From Spongospora subterranea f. sp. subterranea (Eukaryota), in contig JAUGWO010000139.1 of assembly GCA_049724395.1 (NCBI GenBank), positions 1 through 64,000 of the forward strand: a stretch of DNA of 64,000 nt, in the 5' to 3' direction. A model generated the notes under the pieces. That model was not told the origin of the DNA and made no database searches. It saw only the letters and a program-made list of their open reading frames with translations. The position numbers and the translations under genes were made by a program. Of the stretch, positions 61,911 to 64,000 are shown piece by piece (position 1 is the first letter of the stretch; every line of letters begins with the position of its first letter).

Positions 61911-63592
61911 CTACCTCCGTTTCAAAATAACCTAAACAAGATTGCAAGATTTGCATCCATAATTATATTTCTAGCCCTTGTAACTGTTTCTGGTAGGCAG
62001 GCAATTGATATAGGAAGTTGCCCAGTATTGACAAGTTTCCCTTTCCCTATATGTGGAATACGGAACCTGTTTCCAGCTTCGTCGTCCATGCAAGAGAGCA
62101 TCACGCTTTGTAATGTCAAGAAGGTATTGTTGAGCTTCTGAGGTTCCAACTTCTCGTACTTATCTGAAACAGCTGTTATTAGTTCATCCAAGTTTCTTGG
62201 GGATTCGGTATGCTGTATAGACTGAATTGCGTTAAAAAATCCCAGGTCCAGAATGTTGAAATCTGGACTGTTTGGTGGTTGACACATCAGCCTAATATCA
62301 TAACCATCTTCCTGCACGCAAAGTCGGAACTGCTCGTGATCAGGCTTGATATGCGGCCGAGCATTATCTTGCTGAACATAGATAGGAGCAGACCTTGAAA
62401 ATTTCACTCGAATTGCAGGTAGAATTTTTGTCAACAGGGCGTCAACGTACTCTTTTGATTAATATCACAGGCTTCGTCACCGCTGTGCCCCTTTGTCGGT
62501 TTATGCTCGACCGTTTTGCAGAGTCCGAAGTTACGAACGGCCAGACGCCAATTTTCCCGTCAAAACCGCAATTATTCTCGTCATCAAATCTTGGTCGAGC
62601 AACTGCTGCCAGGAACATGATTTTTCCGATGAATTTCTTGCTCTTGCATGAACGATAGGTTCTTCTTCATCAGCCGTCAGATAAACTGTGGCGCGGTCGC
62701 GAGCAAGATAAAACCATTTTTCATCAATATACACTATGTAAGCATTTCTCTGAATTCTGGTGAGGTAGAAATAGAAGAGGGCTCAAGCATCGAAATACAA
62801 AAATTAATTCGAGCGATCTTCTTACATTCAGTGAGAAGAGGCTTTAACGAATTTGTATGACGCCGGATAATGCCTTTTTTATGTTGACGATGTAATGTAG
62901 CGGCAGAAATACCCGTTGCTGCAGAAAAGTGTCTAAGGGTGTTCCTTTTGCTCAAAGGAACGGCAGCGACATCGGAAGAAATGTTCGGGTATTTTGGCTT
63001 ACGCCCGCAGTTCTTTTTCAGATGCGATACAACTGCTGCAGTGGCTCCTGCTGCCAATGAATCTTCTCCTCAATGCTAAATCCGGCTAATCGTGAACCAA
63101 GATATGTTGAGTTCGGCCCCGATAATAGCGATCACCCCCTTTTTGGGTTTTCCAGTGATATCCAACATCGTCAAAAGGTGGTACTGGTACACAGCTGTGC
63201 TTGCATGGTTGCTTAACACTGTTAACCGTTTCCGGGTGGTCTCCTCATCTGCAACTTGTCCATCGGCAGCAGAAAAAACGTTCAATTAATAATGAAAATA
63301 TGCAGTTCAAGAGTGAATACAGTGATAGAAGAAGATGGTGTTTAACAGGCAAGAAACGTAACAATCCTAACGACATGACCCTCATCATCACTCAAATTGC
63401 ACTACCCACCAGTCTCCAAACCAGTTTCAAACGCCGATATTCCATCAAAACACACAAAACGTTTCAACTTTTGGACAAGATCAAGTTGCGTCACAAGCTA
63501 GCAACCACAAAAAATTGGATTGCCAAACTTGAAAAATGAGCTTATTCCAAGCAAAAACTCCGTATCGATCGGTGATTTTGAAGCGGAGGTAG
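61911..63592 (-). mobile_element. Full-length DD39D mariner element with TIRs and TA target duplication; frameshifted transposase
   Basis: TA-CTACCTCCGTTTCAAAATAACC ... GGTGATTTTGAAGCGGAGGTAG-TA. Motifs YIDEKWFY, QQDNARPH and QPPNSPDFNILDLG, with 39 residues between the second and third Asp. Confidence 0.93.
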
Positions 63593-63880
63593 TATAACAG
63601 AACGAGATTTCAATCGATTCGCTGAATCGCTGTAATCAAATCAACAATGCTGATCAACAGTGACCGAAAAAGAAGACACTTTGTAATTACTTGCGCTGAG
63701 AAAAGTCCCGAATTATTTAGAGTTTAACAATCTCAAGAATTGAATATACACATGGGGTGTTCCCAGTATGCTTTTGCACAAAACGCCTTCTGCAGTGTAA
63801 TGATTGCATGAAATGTCCCTTTGAAAAAAGTCGGCAGCAACCATTACACTCTGGCATCGCAAGACAAAAAAAAAACAGTT

Positions 63881-63954
63881 AGCCCATTGCGAGACTCGAA
63901 CTCGCAGCCTTGAGATTAAAAGTCCCACGCTCTAACCAATTGAGCTAAACGGGC
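63881..63954 (-). tRNA. tRNA-Lys (TTT)
   Basis: GCCCGTT/AATGGGC acceptor, GCTC-AATTGGTTA-GAGC, TGGGA-CT-TTT-AA-TCTCA, GCGAG-TTCGAGT-CTCGC, downstream poly-T. Confidence 0.93.
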
Positions 63955-64000
63955 TTAACTTGGTTACTCAGCATTGTGCCTGATTGATAACCATTTCTAA

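Overview
Eukaryotic DNA from a compact, intron-rich protist genome with GT-AG introns of roughly 50 nt and some intergenic gaps under 100 bp. A plasmodiophorid or other protist origin is only an impression. About 1-16 kb, 20-25 kb, 55-56 kb and 58-63.6 kb are transposon debris: two nested Ty1/copia elements inside a Tc1/mariner-superfamily DDE transposon, MULE, pogo/DDE_1, gypsy and PIF/Harbinger fragments, and a full-length but frameshifted DD39D mariner with intact TIRs. There are four tRNA genes: Gln-TTG, two intron-containing Tyr-GTA, and Lys-TTT. Host genes include a tandem CCCH zinc-finger protein, SAM synthetase, a secreted mucin-Spondin_N protein, a RhoGAP, UBE2S, an LRR protein, WDR18/Ipi3-like, an OCA/Siw14-family phosphatase, a zf-4CXXC_R1 protein, KIN17, a DUG3-like amidotransferase, ODR-4-like, a Myb protein, a Bub1/BubR1 homologue and HMG-CoA lyase. 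Main observations: (1) a minimal hammerhead ribozyme core at about 16.32 kb; (2) about ten local inverted duplications confined to TE-like debris from several families, possibly hairpin-RNA sources or fold-back rearrangements; (3) a glutamine-synthetase-N-like domain fused to a CDCA7-type zinc finger; (4) an apparently unduplicated MadBub with a degenerate kinase; (5) a copia element with a non-canonical primer-binding site. Gene boundaries and exon structures were read by eye and are approximate.
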